Assembly (NCBI GenBank): GCA_016218585.1
Contig: JACRDK010000010.1
Location: 68,974-132,973 of the forward strand
Direction of reading: 5' to 3'
Source of the DNA: Candidatus Doudnabacteria bacterium
GTDB lineage: Bacteria; Patescibacteriota; Doudnabacteria; UBA920
Length of the DNA: 64,000 nt
Shown: positions 55,975-64,000 of the stretch, one piece after another
Position numbering within the stretch: position 1 is the stretch's first letter
Layout of the letters: each line of letters starts with the position of its first letter
The notes under the pieces: model-generated
Databases searched by the model: none
What the model was told of the DNA's origin: nothing
What the model saw: the letters and a program-made list of their open reading frames with translations, nothing else
Program-made: the position numbers and the translations under genes

Positions 55975-57093
55975 ATGATTATAACAATTTTAATTTTTGT
56001 AGCGATTCTCGCGGTTTTAATTTTCGTCCACGAATTCGGGCACTTTATTGTGGCAAAAAAAAGCGGAATGCAGGTGGAAGAGTTTGGTTTTGGTTTCCCG
56101 CCGCGATTAGCCGGAATTCAAAAAACAGGCGGCAAGTGGAAGTGGGTTTGGGGCCATAAAGAAGTGGCGGACAAAGACCAGACGGTTTATTCCATAAACT
56201 GGATTCCTTTGGGCGGCTTTGTCAGAATTTTAGGCGAGAACAACGAGCACCAGGACAACCCCGGAAGTTTTATTAACAAAGGTTTTTGGCCGCGGTTTTT
56301 AACTTTAGTTGCCGGCGTAATTATGAATGTGCTTTTGGCCTGGGTACTTTTATCTATAGGTTTTAGCGTGGGTTTGCCGGTTGCGGTAAATAATTTAAAC
56401 GATGTGCCAAAATCCGCGCATTTTGTTGCCGGTAACATTGCCATACTGGAAGTGGTAAAAGATTTGCCGGCAGATAAAGCGGGCTTAAAGCCAAACGATA
56501 TAATTTTAGGAATTGACGGACAAAAATTTAGCGCGGTGGAAGAAGTCCAAAAATATGTTAAGGACCACGCCGGACAAAGCATTTCCTTTAATATAAAAAG
56601 AGGGCAGCAGCAGGAAAATATAAACGTAGTTCCAACCGCTAATCCGCCTGCCGGCGAAGGTCCGACGGGTATTGCCTTGGCTTTAATTGGAAAATTAAAA
56701 TATCCGGTATATTCCGCATTTTGGGAAGGCGCTAAAACCACGTGGTCAGCTTTAACCGGAATTGTTAGCGGGTTATATAATTTAATTGCTTCCCACTCTG
56801 GTTTTTCAAATCTTGGCGGTCCGGTAAAAATTGCCAAACTCACCGGCGAAGTTGCGGGCATGGGTTTTATTTATTTATTGCAATTTACCGCTTTTCTTTC
56901 CTTGAACCTGGCGGTTTTAAATATTTTGCCGTTCCCGGCATTAGACGGCGGCCGCGTTTTGTTTTTGCTGATTGAAGTTGTCCGCCGAAAAAAGAATAAT
57001 CAAAAAGTTGAGCAAATTGTAAACGGCGTTGGTTTTGCTTTGCTTTTATTACTGATGGTAGTTGTAACAATTCATGATTTAATTAAGAAATAG
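55975..57093 (+). CDS. rseP: RIP metalloprotease RseP
   Basis: HEFGH, PDZ, N.LP.PALDGG. Confidence 0.95.
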   Translation: MIITILIFVAILAVLIFVHEFGHFIVAKKSGMQVEEFGFGFPPRLAGIQKTGGKWKWVWGHKEVADKDQTVYSINWIPLGGFVRILGENNEHQDNPGSFINKGFWPRFLTLVAGVIMNVLLAWVLLSIGFSVGLPVAVNNLNDVPKSAHFVAGNIAILEVVKDLPADKAGLKPNDIILGIDGQKFSAVEEVQKYVKDHAGQSISFNIKRGQQQENINVVPTANPPAGEGPTGIALALIGKLKYPVYSAFWEGAKTTWSALTGIVSGLYNLIASHSGFSNLGGPVKIAKLTGEVAGMGFIYLLQFTAFLSLNLAVLNILPFPALDGGRVLFLLIEVVRRKKNNQKVEQIVNGVGFALLLLLMVVVTIHDLIKK

Positions 57094-57094
57094 T

Positions 57095-57637
57095 ATGTGG
57101 GAAAAACACAGGCCAGGGTTGGATCAAGAAAAGCAGAATAGATCTTTATTCGAAGCTGCTAATCCTGATGTAGTAAGACTTGAACGTTTAAAACCTCACT
57201 ATGACGCCAGTTTAGAGTTTGATGCCGAGCGTCCGCCTAAGATTTATCCGCAAGAAGTACAATCCGAGCCTGCTGAGCTTGCCTTGGCGGAAAGTAAATT
57301 TTCTGGAAAAGAAAATCTTGAAAAAATTACCAATGCATTATATTCCGAAATTGCAGAGTCGCCTTATACAATAGAAAAAATGCAGAAAACTTCTGTTTCA
57401 GACATCCGCTCATTTCTCGTTGAGGAACTAGCAAAGTTGGGGCCAAAGCACATAAAACTTTTAATTGATGTGATAGTAAAAAATATTCCATTTACGGAAA
57501 TTCTTAAAGAACAAAAAGGCGGAGAGGTGCAGTACCAGGGCAGTAATAGCGGAGACTATAAAATGCTTCGTTACAAATACGCTAGCTTAATAGAAAGGCT
57601 AACTAAAGTTAATTTATTAAAGAAATTTAAAAAATGA
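57095..57637 (+). CDS. hypothetical protein
   Basis: 180 aa ORF tightly packed between rseP and proS. Confidence 0.65.
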   Translation: MWEKHRPGLDQEKQNRSLFEAANPDVVRLERLKPHYDASLEFDAERPPKIYPQEVQSEPAELALAESKFSGKENLEKITNALYSEIAESPYTIEKMQKTSVSDIRSFLVEELAKLGPKHIKLLIDVIVKNIPFTEILKEQKGGEVQYQGSNSGDYKMLRYKYASLIERLTKVNLLKKFKK

Positions 57638-58863
57638 GACAATCTAAATATTTTTTAAAAACCTCCAAAACTACTCCTGCAGACGACGTTTCTGTAAACG
57701 CAAAATTGTTGGAGCAGGGAGGATTTGTTCAAAAAGCTTTGGCCGGGGTGTATTCATATTTGCCTTTGGGCTGGCGTGTGCTAAAAAAAATTGAAGCCAT
57801 TGTTCGCGAGGAGATGGACGCCGCCGGCGGTCAGGAAGTTTTTATGCCGTCATTGCATCCAAAAGCCAATTGGGAAGCAACCGGCAGATGGCAGGGCTTG
57901 GATGTGTTGTTTAAAGTTAAATCGCAGCACGGCAATGAATATGCTTTAGGCCCGACGCACGAAGAAATAGTTACCCCAATGGCCATACCGGTTATCAATT
58001 CTTATAAAGACTTGCCTTTGGCGGTTTATCAAATTCAAACCAAATTCCGCGATGAACCAAGAGCTAAAAGCGGGTTGTTGCGCGGCCGTGAATTTAGAAT
58101 GAAAGATTTGTACAGCTTTCACGCATCCTCTGAAGATTTAGAAAAATATTATAATGAAGTGGCAATTCCCGCTTATGAAAAGATTTTTCAGCGCCTTGGG
58201 TTAAATGCGTTATTTACAGAGGCCTCCGGCGGGACATTTTCCAAATTTTCTCACGAGTATCAGGTGGAGATTGAAAGCGGGGAAGATGTAATTTATATTT
58301 GTGAGAAGTGCGGAATGGCAAAGAACAAGGAAGTTTTTGAAGATGGGGCAGAATGCACTAAGTGCGGTAAAACCTCCTGGAGGGAAGCCAAGGCTTCCGA
58401 AGTCGGAAATATTTTTATGCTTCAGGAAAAATATTCCAAGCCGTTTAACTTACAATTTACAGACAGCGACGGCTCCAAGAAAACAGTAATAATGGGCTGT
58501 TATGGCATTGGAACTTCCCGTTTAATGGGCGTGATTGTAGAAAAATTCCACGACGATAAGGGGATTATTTGGCCAGCCGCGGTTGCTCCTTTTAAAGTCC
58601 ACTTAATTTCGCTTAAAGGCGGGGAAGAAACAGCGGAAAACCTCTATCAGGATTTACTAAACTCAGGCGTTGAGGTATTATATGATGACAGGGATTTGTC
58701 CGCCGGTTCAAAATTTGCAGATGCGGATTTAATCGGATTGCCATACCGCGTGGTCGTGTCGGCTAAAACCGTGGCCCAGGAAAGCGTTGAATTAAAGGAA
58801 CGCGCAGGGCAAGAATCGCAACTTGTTAAAATCAACGAGTTGGCAGATAAATTAAAAAACTAA
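57634..58863 (+). CDS. proS: proline--tRNA ligase (short, no editing insertion)
   Basis: LGPTHEE, QIQTKFRDEPR..GLLRGREF.MKD, MGCYGIG.SR, DLIG.P. Confidence 0.96.
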   Translation: MRQSKYFLKTSKTTPADDVSVNAKLLEQGGFVQKALAGVYSYLPLGWRVLKKIEAIVREEMDAAGGQEVFMPSLHPKANWEATGRWQGLDVLFKVKSQHGNEYALGPTHEEIVTPMAIPVINSYKDLPLAVYQIQTKFRDEPRAKSGLLRGREFRMKDLYSFHASSEDLEKYYNEVAIPAYEKIFQRLGLNALFTEASGGTFSKFSHEYQVEIESGEDVIYICEKCGMAKNKEVFEDGAECTKCGKTSWREAKASEVGNIFMLQEKYSKPFNLQFTDSDGSKKTVIMGCYGIGTSRLMGVIVEKFHDDKGIIWPAAVAPFKVHLISLKGGEETAENLYQDLLNSGVEVLYDDRDLSAGSKFADADLIGLPYRVVVSAKTVAQESVELKERAGQESQLVKINELADKLKN

Positions 58864-58945
58864 AATTAAAACAAAATTAAAATGCAAACAGTATGGGCAT
58901 TTTAATTTTGTTTTGTCTACGTTTAACTGATTAATAAAAATTTTG

Positions 58946-59998
58946 ATGTTTGATCGATTTTATCAGAAATTTTCTAAAGATATTGGCATAGACCTGGGTA
59001 CGGCAAATACCCTGGTTTATGTTAAAGGCAAGGGGATTGTTATTAACGAGCCTTCTGTTGTGGCGGTAAACCAGCGCACCAAGCAAATTTTAGCCATTGG
59101 TTCCGAAGCAAGATTAATGGTTGGGCGAACTCCTCAGCACATTGTGGCAACCAGGCCGCTGGTAGACGGGGTTATTTCCGATTTTGAAGTTACCGAAGCA
59201 ATGCTTAGATATTTTATCGACAAGGTCCATTCCCAAACTTATACTTTTTTGCGCCGTCCGCGCGTGGTAATTGGCATTCCCTCCGGCGTTACCGAAGTAG
59301 AGAAGCGCGCGGTGCAAGACGCGGCTATTAATGCCGGCGCGGCTTCCGCTTATTTAATAGAGGAACCAATGGCCGCAGCTATTGGCAGCCGTCTTAATGT
59401 GCAGGATGCTTCCGGAAGCATGATTGTTGATATTGGGGGCGGTACAGCGGAAATAGCGGTAATTTCTTTGGGCGGGATTGTTATTTCAAAGAGCATCCGC
59501 ATTGCCGGCGACGAAATGAACGAGAATATAATTCAGTATGCCAGAGAAAATTTTAATTTATTGCTTGGCGAGCGAACCGCTGAAGACGTAAAAATAAAAA
59601 TAGGCAGCGCTTACCCGCTTGAACAGCCGCTTTATGCCCAAATGCGCGGAAGGGATTTGGTTTCCGGCTTGCCAAAAGAAGTAACCATTTCCGATACCCA
59701 GGTGCGGGAAGCTTTAATGCATAGCCTGAGAATCATCGTAAACAGCATTAAGAGCGTGATTGAAGAAGTTCCTCCGGAATTAATTTCGGATATTATGAAC
59801 AAAGGCATTGTTATGGCCGGAGGCGGGGCGCTGCTCCGCGGTTTAGACAAGTTGGTTAGGGACGCCACCGCAATGCCAATTTCTATTGCAGAAGATCCGC
59901 TCACATGCGTTGCTCGTGGCGCCGGAGTGGTGGTAGAAGATTTGGAACTTCTTAAAGATGTTTTAGTGCCGACTGAATTTGCTAAAATCCCAAGATAA
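58946..59998 (+). CDS. mreB: rod shape-determining protein MreB
   Basis: IDLGTANT, EPSVVA, EEPMAAAIG, DIGGGT. Confidence 0.97.
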   Translation: MFDRFYQKFSKDIGIDLGTANTLVYVKGKGIVINEPSVVAVNQRTKQILAIGSEARLMVGRTPQHIVATRPLVDGVISDFEVTEAMLRYFIDKVHSQTYTFLRRPRVVIGIPSGVTEVEKRAVQDAAINAGAASAYLIEEPMAAAIGSRLNVQDASGSMIVDIGGGTAEIAVISLGGIVISKSIRIAGDEMNENIIQYARENFNLLLGERTAEDVKIKIGSAYPLEQPLYAQMRGRDLVSGLPKEVTISDTQVREALMHSLRIIVNSIKSVIEEVPPELISDIMNKGIVMAGGGALLRGLDKLVRDATAMPISIAEDPLTCVARGAGVVVEDLELLKDVLVPTEFAKIPR

Positions 59999-60102
59999 TA
60001 AATCGATCCGAATACAACGAATTGGTATCCGAATCTGTCCACTGTTAGGAAGGTTGGATTCATTCGGATAATTCGGATGCTATTCGGAGATTAGGATCGC
60101 TA

Positions 60103-60903
60103 ATGCGTTTTATATATACAAAAGCTTTTGCTATTTTTTTTGCTTGCCTGGTCCTCCTGGTTTTTTTGGTTTTTTTTCAAACAAAAGGCTGGCTTGATCC
60201 GGTCCGCAATGCCGTGCTTCAGTCGCCAAGGCCGGTGATTTACTTGGTTAAAGGAGTGGTAAGCCCGGTAAAAACTTTTTTCTCCACGGTTTATAGATTA
60301 AAAGATATTTCCAGTGAAAACACCCGCTTAAATTCCCGAGTCTTAGAATTGCAACAGAACTTGGTTCAGTATGAGGAAGTGTTAAGGGAAAATGAAACTT
60401 TAACTAAGGAGTTGGGTTTTGTTAAAAATAGTAAACAATCTTTGGTGGCTTGTACCGTGCTTTCTCATAACCCGTTTGGCCTTACCGACTCGTTGGTTTT
60501 AAATTGCGGGACAGAGTCCGGGGTTATAGAAGGGCAGGCCGCAATTTCTCAAGGCTATATGGTGGGCAAAGTAATATATTCCGGAAAAAATTCCAGCACC
60601 ATCCTGCTTTCAACCAGCTCGAAATTTTCTACCGACGCCAAAGTAAGCCAAACCAATGCCAGCGCAATTGTAAAGGGATCTTTTGGTTCCGGATTAATTT
60701 TAGACCAGGTTCCCCAATCCACAGATTTACAAAAAGGGTTTTTGGCCGTCACCGCAGGAATTAACGATAAAATCCCAAAAGATATTTTAATTGGCGAGGT
60801 TGGTGATATTGTTTCCACCAGCAACGACTTGTTTAAAAGAGCGTCTCTGGTAAGCCCGGCGGATTTTGAAAACCTGCAGTTTGTTTTTATTGTTAAGCAA
60901 TAA
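60103..60903 (+). CDS. mreC: rod shape-determining protein MreC
   Basis: TM, coiled coil EN..L, G...GV, P..I.IG.V; synteny. Confidence 0.92.
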   Translation: MRFIYTKAFAIFFACLVLLVFLVFFQTKGWLDPVRNAVLQSPRPVIYLVKGVVSPVKTFFSTVYRLKDISSENTRLNSRVLELQQNLVQYEEVLRENETLTKELGFVKNSKQSLVACTVLSHNPFGLTDSLVLNCGTESGVIEGQAAISQGYMVGKVIYSGKNSSTILLSTSSKFSTDAKVSQTNASAIVKGSFGSGLILDQVPQSTDLQKGFLAVTAGINDKIPKDILIGEVGDIVSTSNDLFKRASLVSPADFENLQFVFIVKQ

Positions 60904-61046
60904 ATTAAAGATGCAAATTTGCAGATGCACTAATGAAACTAATATCTACAGATGCTAAAAAAACAGAATTAACGGTTATTTGCCTGCCTACCGGCAGGCA
61001 GGTATTATTAGTGCATTAGTATATTAGTATCGCGTATTAGTACACT

Positions 61047-61583
61047 ATGAAATATATAATTTATTTATTTTTAATAGTCTTGCTTCTTGGAATTAATTTG
61101 GGGCTGTTTGGCCAGATGCCGATTGCCAAACAGGTTCCTAATTTGCTTTTTTTATTCACGATTTTTTTTGCCCTGGAGAAAAAAGGATACGACTTTTACT
61201 TTATTGCTTTTATTTCCGGCTTGCTGTTAGATTTTTTTTATACCGGTTTTTTTGGCTCCTTTACCCTGGCGTTCTTAATTTCTTCATCTTGCCTGCACCT
61301 GTTAAGTGACACTTTTATAGTTTTTGAATTAAACTGGAAATCTTTAAGCGGGTTGCTATTCGGGGCTTTGGCCGTTGCTTATCTGGTTGTCTGGCTGTAT
61401 GGGCTTATGGTTTATAAATTTAATTGGACTCATGATTTTGAAAGTTTTTCTTTGTTTTCCCGTTACTTCTTAATAAATTTTTTGTACAATTGGGCTTTGC
61501 TTTATCCAATGTATATTGTCTATACCCTGTTAAAGCAAGGGGTGGACAGTTTAACTATTCGCCGTCGTGGCATAGTGAGGTGA
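61047..61583 (+). CDS. mreD: rod shape-determining protein MreD
   Basis: Polytopic, PNL, GLLLD; synteny. Confidence 0.85.
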   Translation: MKYIIYLFLIVLLLGINLGLFGQMPIAKQVPNLLFLFTIFFALEKKGYDFYFIAFISGLLLDFFYTGFFGSFTLAFLISSSCLHLLSDTFIVFELNWKSLSGLLFGALAVAYLVVWLYGLMVYKFNWTHDFESFSLFSRYFLINFLYNWALLYPMYIVYTLLKQGVDSLTIRRRGIVR

Positions 61584-61587
61584 GCTT

Positions 61588-63540
61588 ATGAGAAATCCAT
61601 TTGAAATAAAAACCAGTTTTAGAAAACCGGACAGTTTAAAACCTTTAGACTGGGAAGAATCTGCCGTTGACTCAAATAGTTCGGTAGACGAGCTGCACGA
61701 TGCCGAAAGAGTCGGCCCTAAGCAGAGCTGGCTATGGATGGTTTTGGTTTTGACGTTTGGAATTTTTGGCGCGAGAATATTTTTTTTGCAGATTGTCCGC
61801 GGTTCGGATTTTAGAACAATGTCGGACAATAATCGCGTGCGCAGCCAAAGCCTGCTTGCTCCCCGCGGTTTAATTTTGGACAATTACGGACAAATTCTTG
61901 CGCAAAATACCGCCAGTTTTAACCTGGTGGCAATTCCTTTTGATTTGCCTAAAAACGCGCAGGATCTGGAAACGGAAGTAAATACAATTTCCTCAACTTT
62001 TATTTTTGATAAAGATGAAGTTTTAAAAAAATTGCGCGCAGCTTCGCCGGCACAGCTTACTCCCATTGTAATTTTGCAGGACATAAGCCAGGATCAGGCG
62101 ATTTTATTTGAAACCAGAGCCAGCGAATTTATTGGTTTTTCGGTTCAGCAGATTCCCGTGCGCGATTACGTGGAGGCTCCGGTTTTTTCCCATATTCTTG
62201 GCTATACGGGATTGGTAAGCGAAGATGATTTAAAACATTTAAACAAAGACATATACGATTCAGTTGATTTTACCGGAAAGTCCGGAATTGAGTCGGTTTA
62301 TGAAAATTATCTGCACGGAGAAAATGGCAGGGATTTAGTGGAGGTAGACGCGACCGGAAAGCTGCTTAATATTTTGGGGCAAAATAGTCCGCTTCCGGGC
62401 AACACGCTGCAGTTAAATATAGACAAAGGGCTTCAGGAAAAACTTTATAATGATTTAAAAGCCGGCAATAATCCCAAAGCGGCCGCGGTTGCTATTAATC
62501 CAAAGACCGGGCAAGTTTTGGCGCTGGTGAGTTTGCCGGGTTTTGATAATAATTTATTTGCCCATGGCATAAAAAAACAAGACTACAGCCTGTTAATAAA
62601 CGACAAAAATTTACCATTATTTAACCGCGCCATTGCCGGGACTTATCCGCCGGGATCAACAGTAAAGCCAATGGTGGCGTTAGCGGCGCTGCAGGAGGGA
62701 ACAATAAGCCCGAATACCGTAATTAATGACCGCGGAGTTTTAGTAATTCCAAATCAGTTCAATCCCGCTATTAGCTATAATTTTTACGGCTGGGACAGGG
62801 GAGGCTTAGGCCCGATGAATGTTTATTCCGCGATTGCCGAAAGTAGCGACATTTATTTTTATACCGTTGCCGGCGGGCATCCGAGCAGCCAGGTAAAAGG
62901 CTTGGGCGCGGAAAAATTGGCGGAGTATTATAAAAAATTTAATTTGGGCAGCCCGGTTGGAATTGATTTGCCAGGAGAGAAGCCCGGGGTTGTGGCGGAT
63001 CCAACCTGGAAGGCAAATTATTTTAAAAATGACCCAATTTTAAGCAAGTGGTATTTGGGCGACACCTACCATATTGGCATTGGCCAGGGAGATATGCTGG
63101 TAACACCTCTGCAGGTGGCCGAATGGACCGCAACAATTGCCAATGGCGGAACCGGCATGAAGCCGCAGCTTTTAAACAAAGTTATGGACACTAATGGAAA
63201 AACAATCTTTCAAAACCAGCCCCAGGTTTTAGTCCAGAAATTTGTTGATGATGCAAATATTAAAGCAGTGCAGCAAGGCATGCGGGAAACAGTTATTTCC
63301 GGCAGCGGACACCAGCTTGCTTCTTTGCCGATTACATCCGCCGGAAAAACCGGTACTTCTCAGTTCGACGGAGCCGACCCAAAGCGAACCCACGCCTGGT
63401 TTACGGCTTATGCGCCTTATGAAGATCCGCAAATTGTAATTACTGTTTTGGTGGAAGCCGGCGGTGAAGGGCACATTGCTTCCGTGCCGGTTGTAAAAGA
63501 CGCGTTATTGTGGTGGGCGCAGAATAGATATGGAAAATAG
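61588..63540 (+). CDS. mrdA: penicillin-binding protein 2
   Basis: APRG.I.D, PGSTVK (SxxK), SSD, KTGT. Confidence 0.93.
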   Translation: MRNPFEIKTSFRKPDSLKPLDWEESAVDSNSSVDELHDAERVGPKQSWLWMVLVLTFGIFGARIFFLQIVRGSDFRTMSDNNRVRSQSLLAPRGLILDNYGQILAQNTASFNLVAIPFDLPKNAQDLETEVNTISSTFIFDKDEVLKKLRAASPAQLTPIVILQDISQDQAILFETRASEFIGFSVQQIPVRDYVEAPVFSHILGYTGLVSEDDLKHLNKDIYDSVDFTGKSGIESVYENYLHGENGRDLVEVDATGKLLNILGQNSPLPGNTLQLNIDKGLQEKLYNDLKAGNNPKAAAVAINPKTGQVLALVSLPGFDNNLFAHGIKKQDYSLLINDKNLPLFNRAIAGTYPPGSTVKPMVALAALQEGTISPNTVINDRGVLVIPNQFNPAISYNFYGWDRGGLGPMNVYSAIAESSDIYFYTVAGGHPSSQVKGLGAEKLAEYYKKFNLGSPVGIDLPGEKPGVVADPTWKANYFKNDPILSKWYLGDTYHIGIGQGDMLVTPLQVAEWTATIANGGTGMKPQLLNKVMDTNGKTIFQNQPQVLVQKFVDDANIKAVQQGMRETVISGSGHQLASLPITSAGKTGTSQFDGADPKRTHAWFTAYAPYEDPQIVITVLVEAGGEGHIASVPVVKDALLWWAQNRYGK

Positions 63541-63618
63541 CATATAGGATTTAGGACGGGGGATGTGTTATGTAGGCTGCTTGATACTAAGCGTTAATTC
63601 CCTTATACTTGAACTAAT

Positions 63619-64000
63619 ATGATAATTGACGGGAAAAAAATTGCCGCAGAAATTTTAAGTTCGGTAAAAGAACAGGTTAAGGCTTTGCCTTTTGTGCCGA
63701 TTTTTTGCGATGTGCTGGTTGGCGAAGATCCTTCTTCCACCCAGTATGTTCGAATGAAGGCAAAAACCGCCGACGACATTGGAATTAAATTTTTACAGGC
63801 AAATTTTCCCGAATCAATTTCTACTGAGGAATTAGTTAATGAAATTCAAGCGCTAAACAAAACCCCGGGGCTTTGCGGGCTAATTGTTCAGTTGCCATTG
63901 CCAAAACACATTGCCACCCAGCAAATTTTGGATGCGATTGACCCTAGTATAGACGTGGACTGTACTGGAACTGCTAATTCAGGGCTTTTTTACAACAATC
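63619..64000 (+). CDS. folD: methylenetetrahydrofolate dehydrogenase/cyclohydrolase (3' truncated by window)
   Basis: MIIDGKKIA, VG.DP.S..YV..K, IVQLPLP.H, DVD. Confidence 0.92.
   Translation, partial: MIIDGKKIAAEILSSVKEQVKALPFVPIFCDVLVGEDPSSTQYVRMKAKTADDIGIKFLQANFPESISTEELVNEIQALNKTPGLCGLIVQLPLPKHIATQQILDAIDPSIDVDCTGTANSGLFYNN

Overview
Low-GC chromosomal window read with standard code 11, most consistent with a Patescibacteria/CPR (Parcubacteria-like) genome; the taxonomy is inferred from gene content and repeat style. 1-13.1 kb is a CPR-type T4SS-like operon (VirB6-like, PrgI, VirB4, membrane-anchored lytic transglycosylase, VirB8-like, beta-propeller) with four-helix-bundle genes in between. 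radA follows, then a recG carrying an in-frame GxxExxY nuclease insert. Next come an odd tRNA-Arg locus, two tRNA-Ser genes and an ECF sigma/anti-sigma pair. A ~10.5 kb array holds one stand-alone PEP-synthase ATP-grasp subunit, five divergent 'variable domain + phospho-His swivel' paralogs and three histidine-phosphatase-like genes. The rest is mostly housekeeping (comF, clpC, recX, htpX, lemA, secA-like, gatCAB, miaA, holB, frr, rseP, proS, mreBCD, mrdA, folD), plus a dead REP-associated transposase and a small GC-rich island. Three signals stand out. (1) The split, modular rifampin-phosphotransferase-like kinase/phosphatase array. (2) A family of elements bounded by inverted short-period repeats, found loaded with four-helix-bundle or GxxExxY cargo, internally deleted, empty, or as in-frame scars in proteins. 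(3) A tRNA gene that can be rebuilt from four pieces, with an intact tRNA-Arg nested inside one of its insertions. All calls are by eye from motifs; no searches were run.
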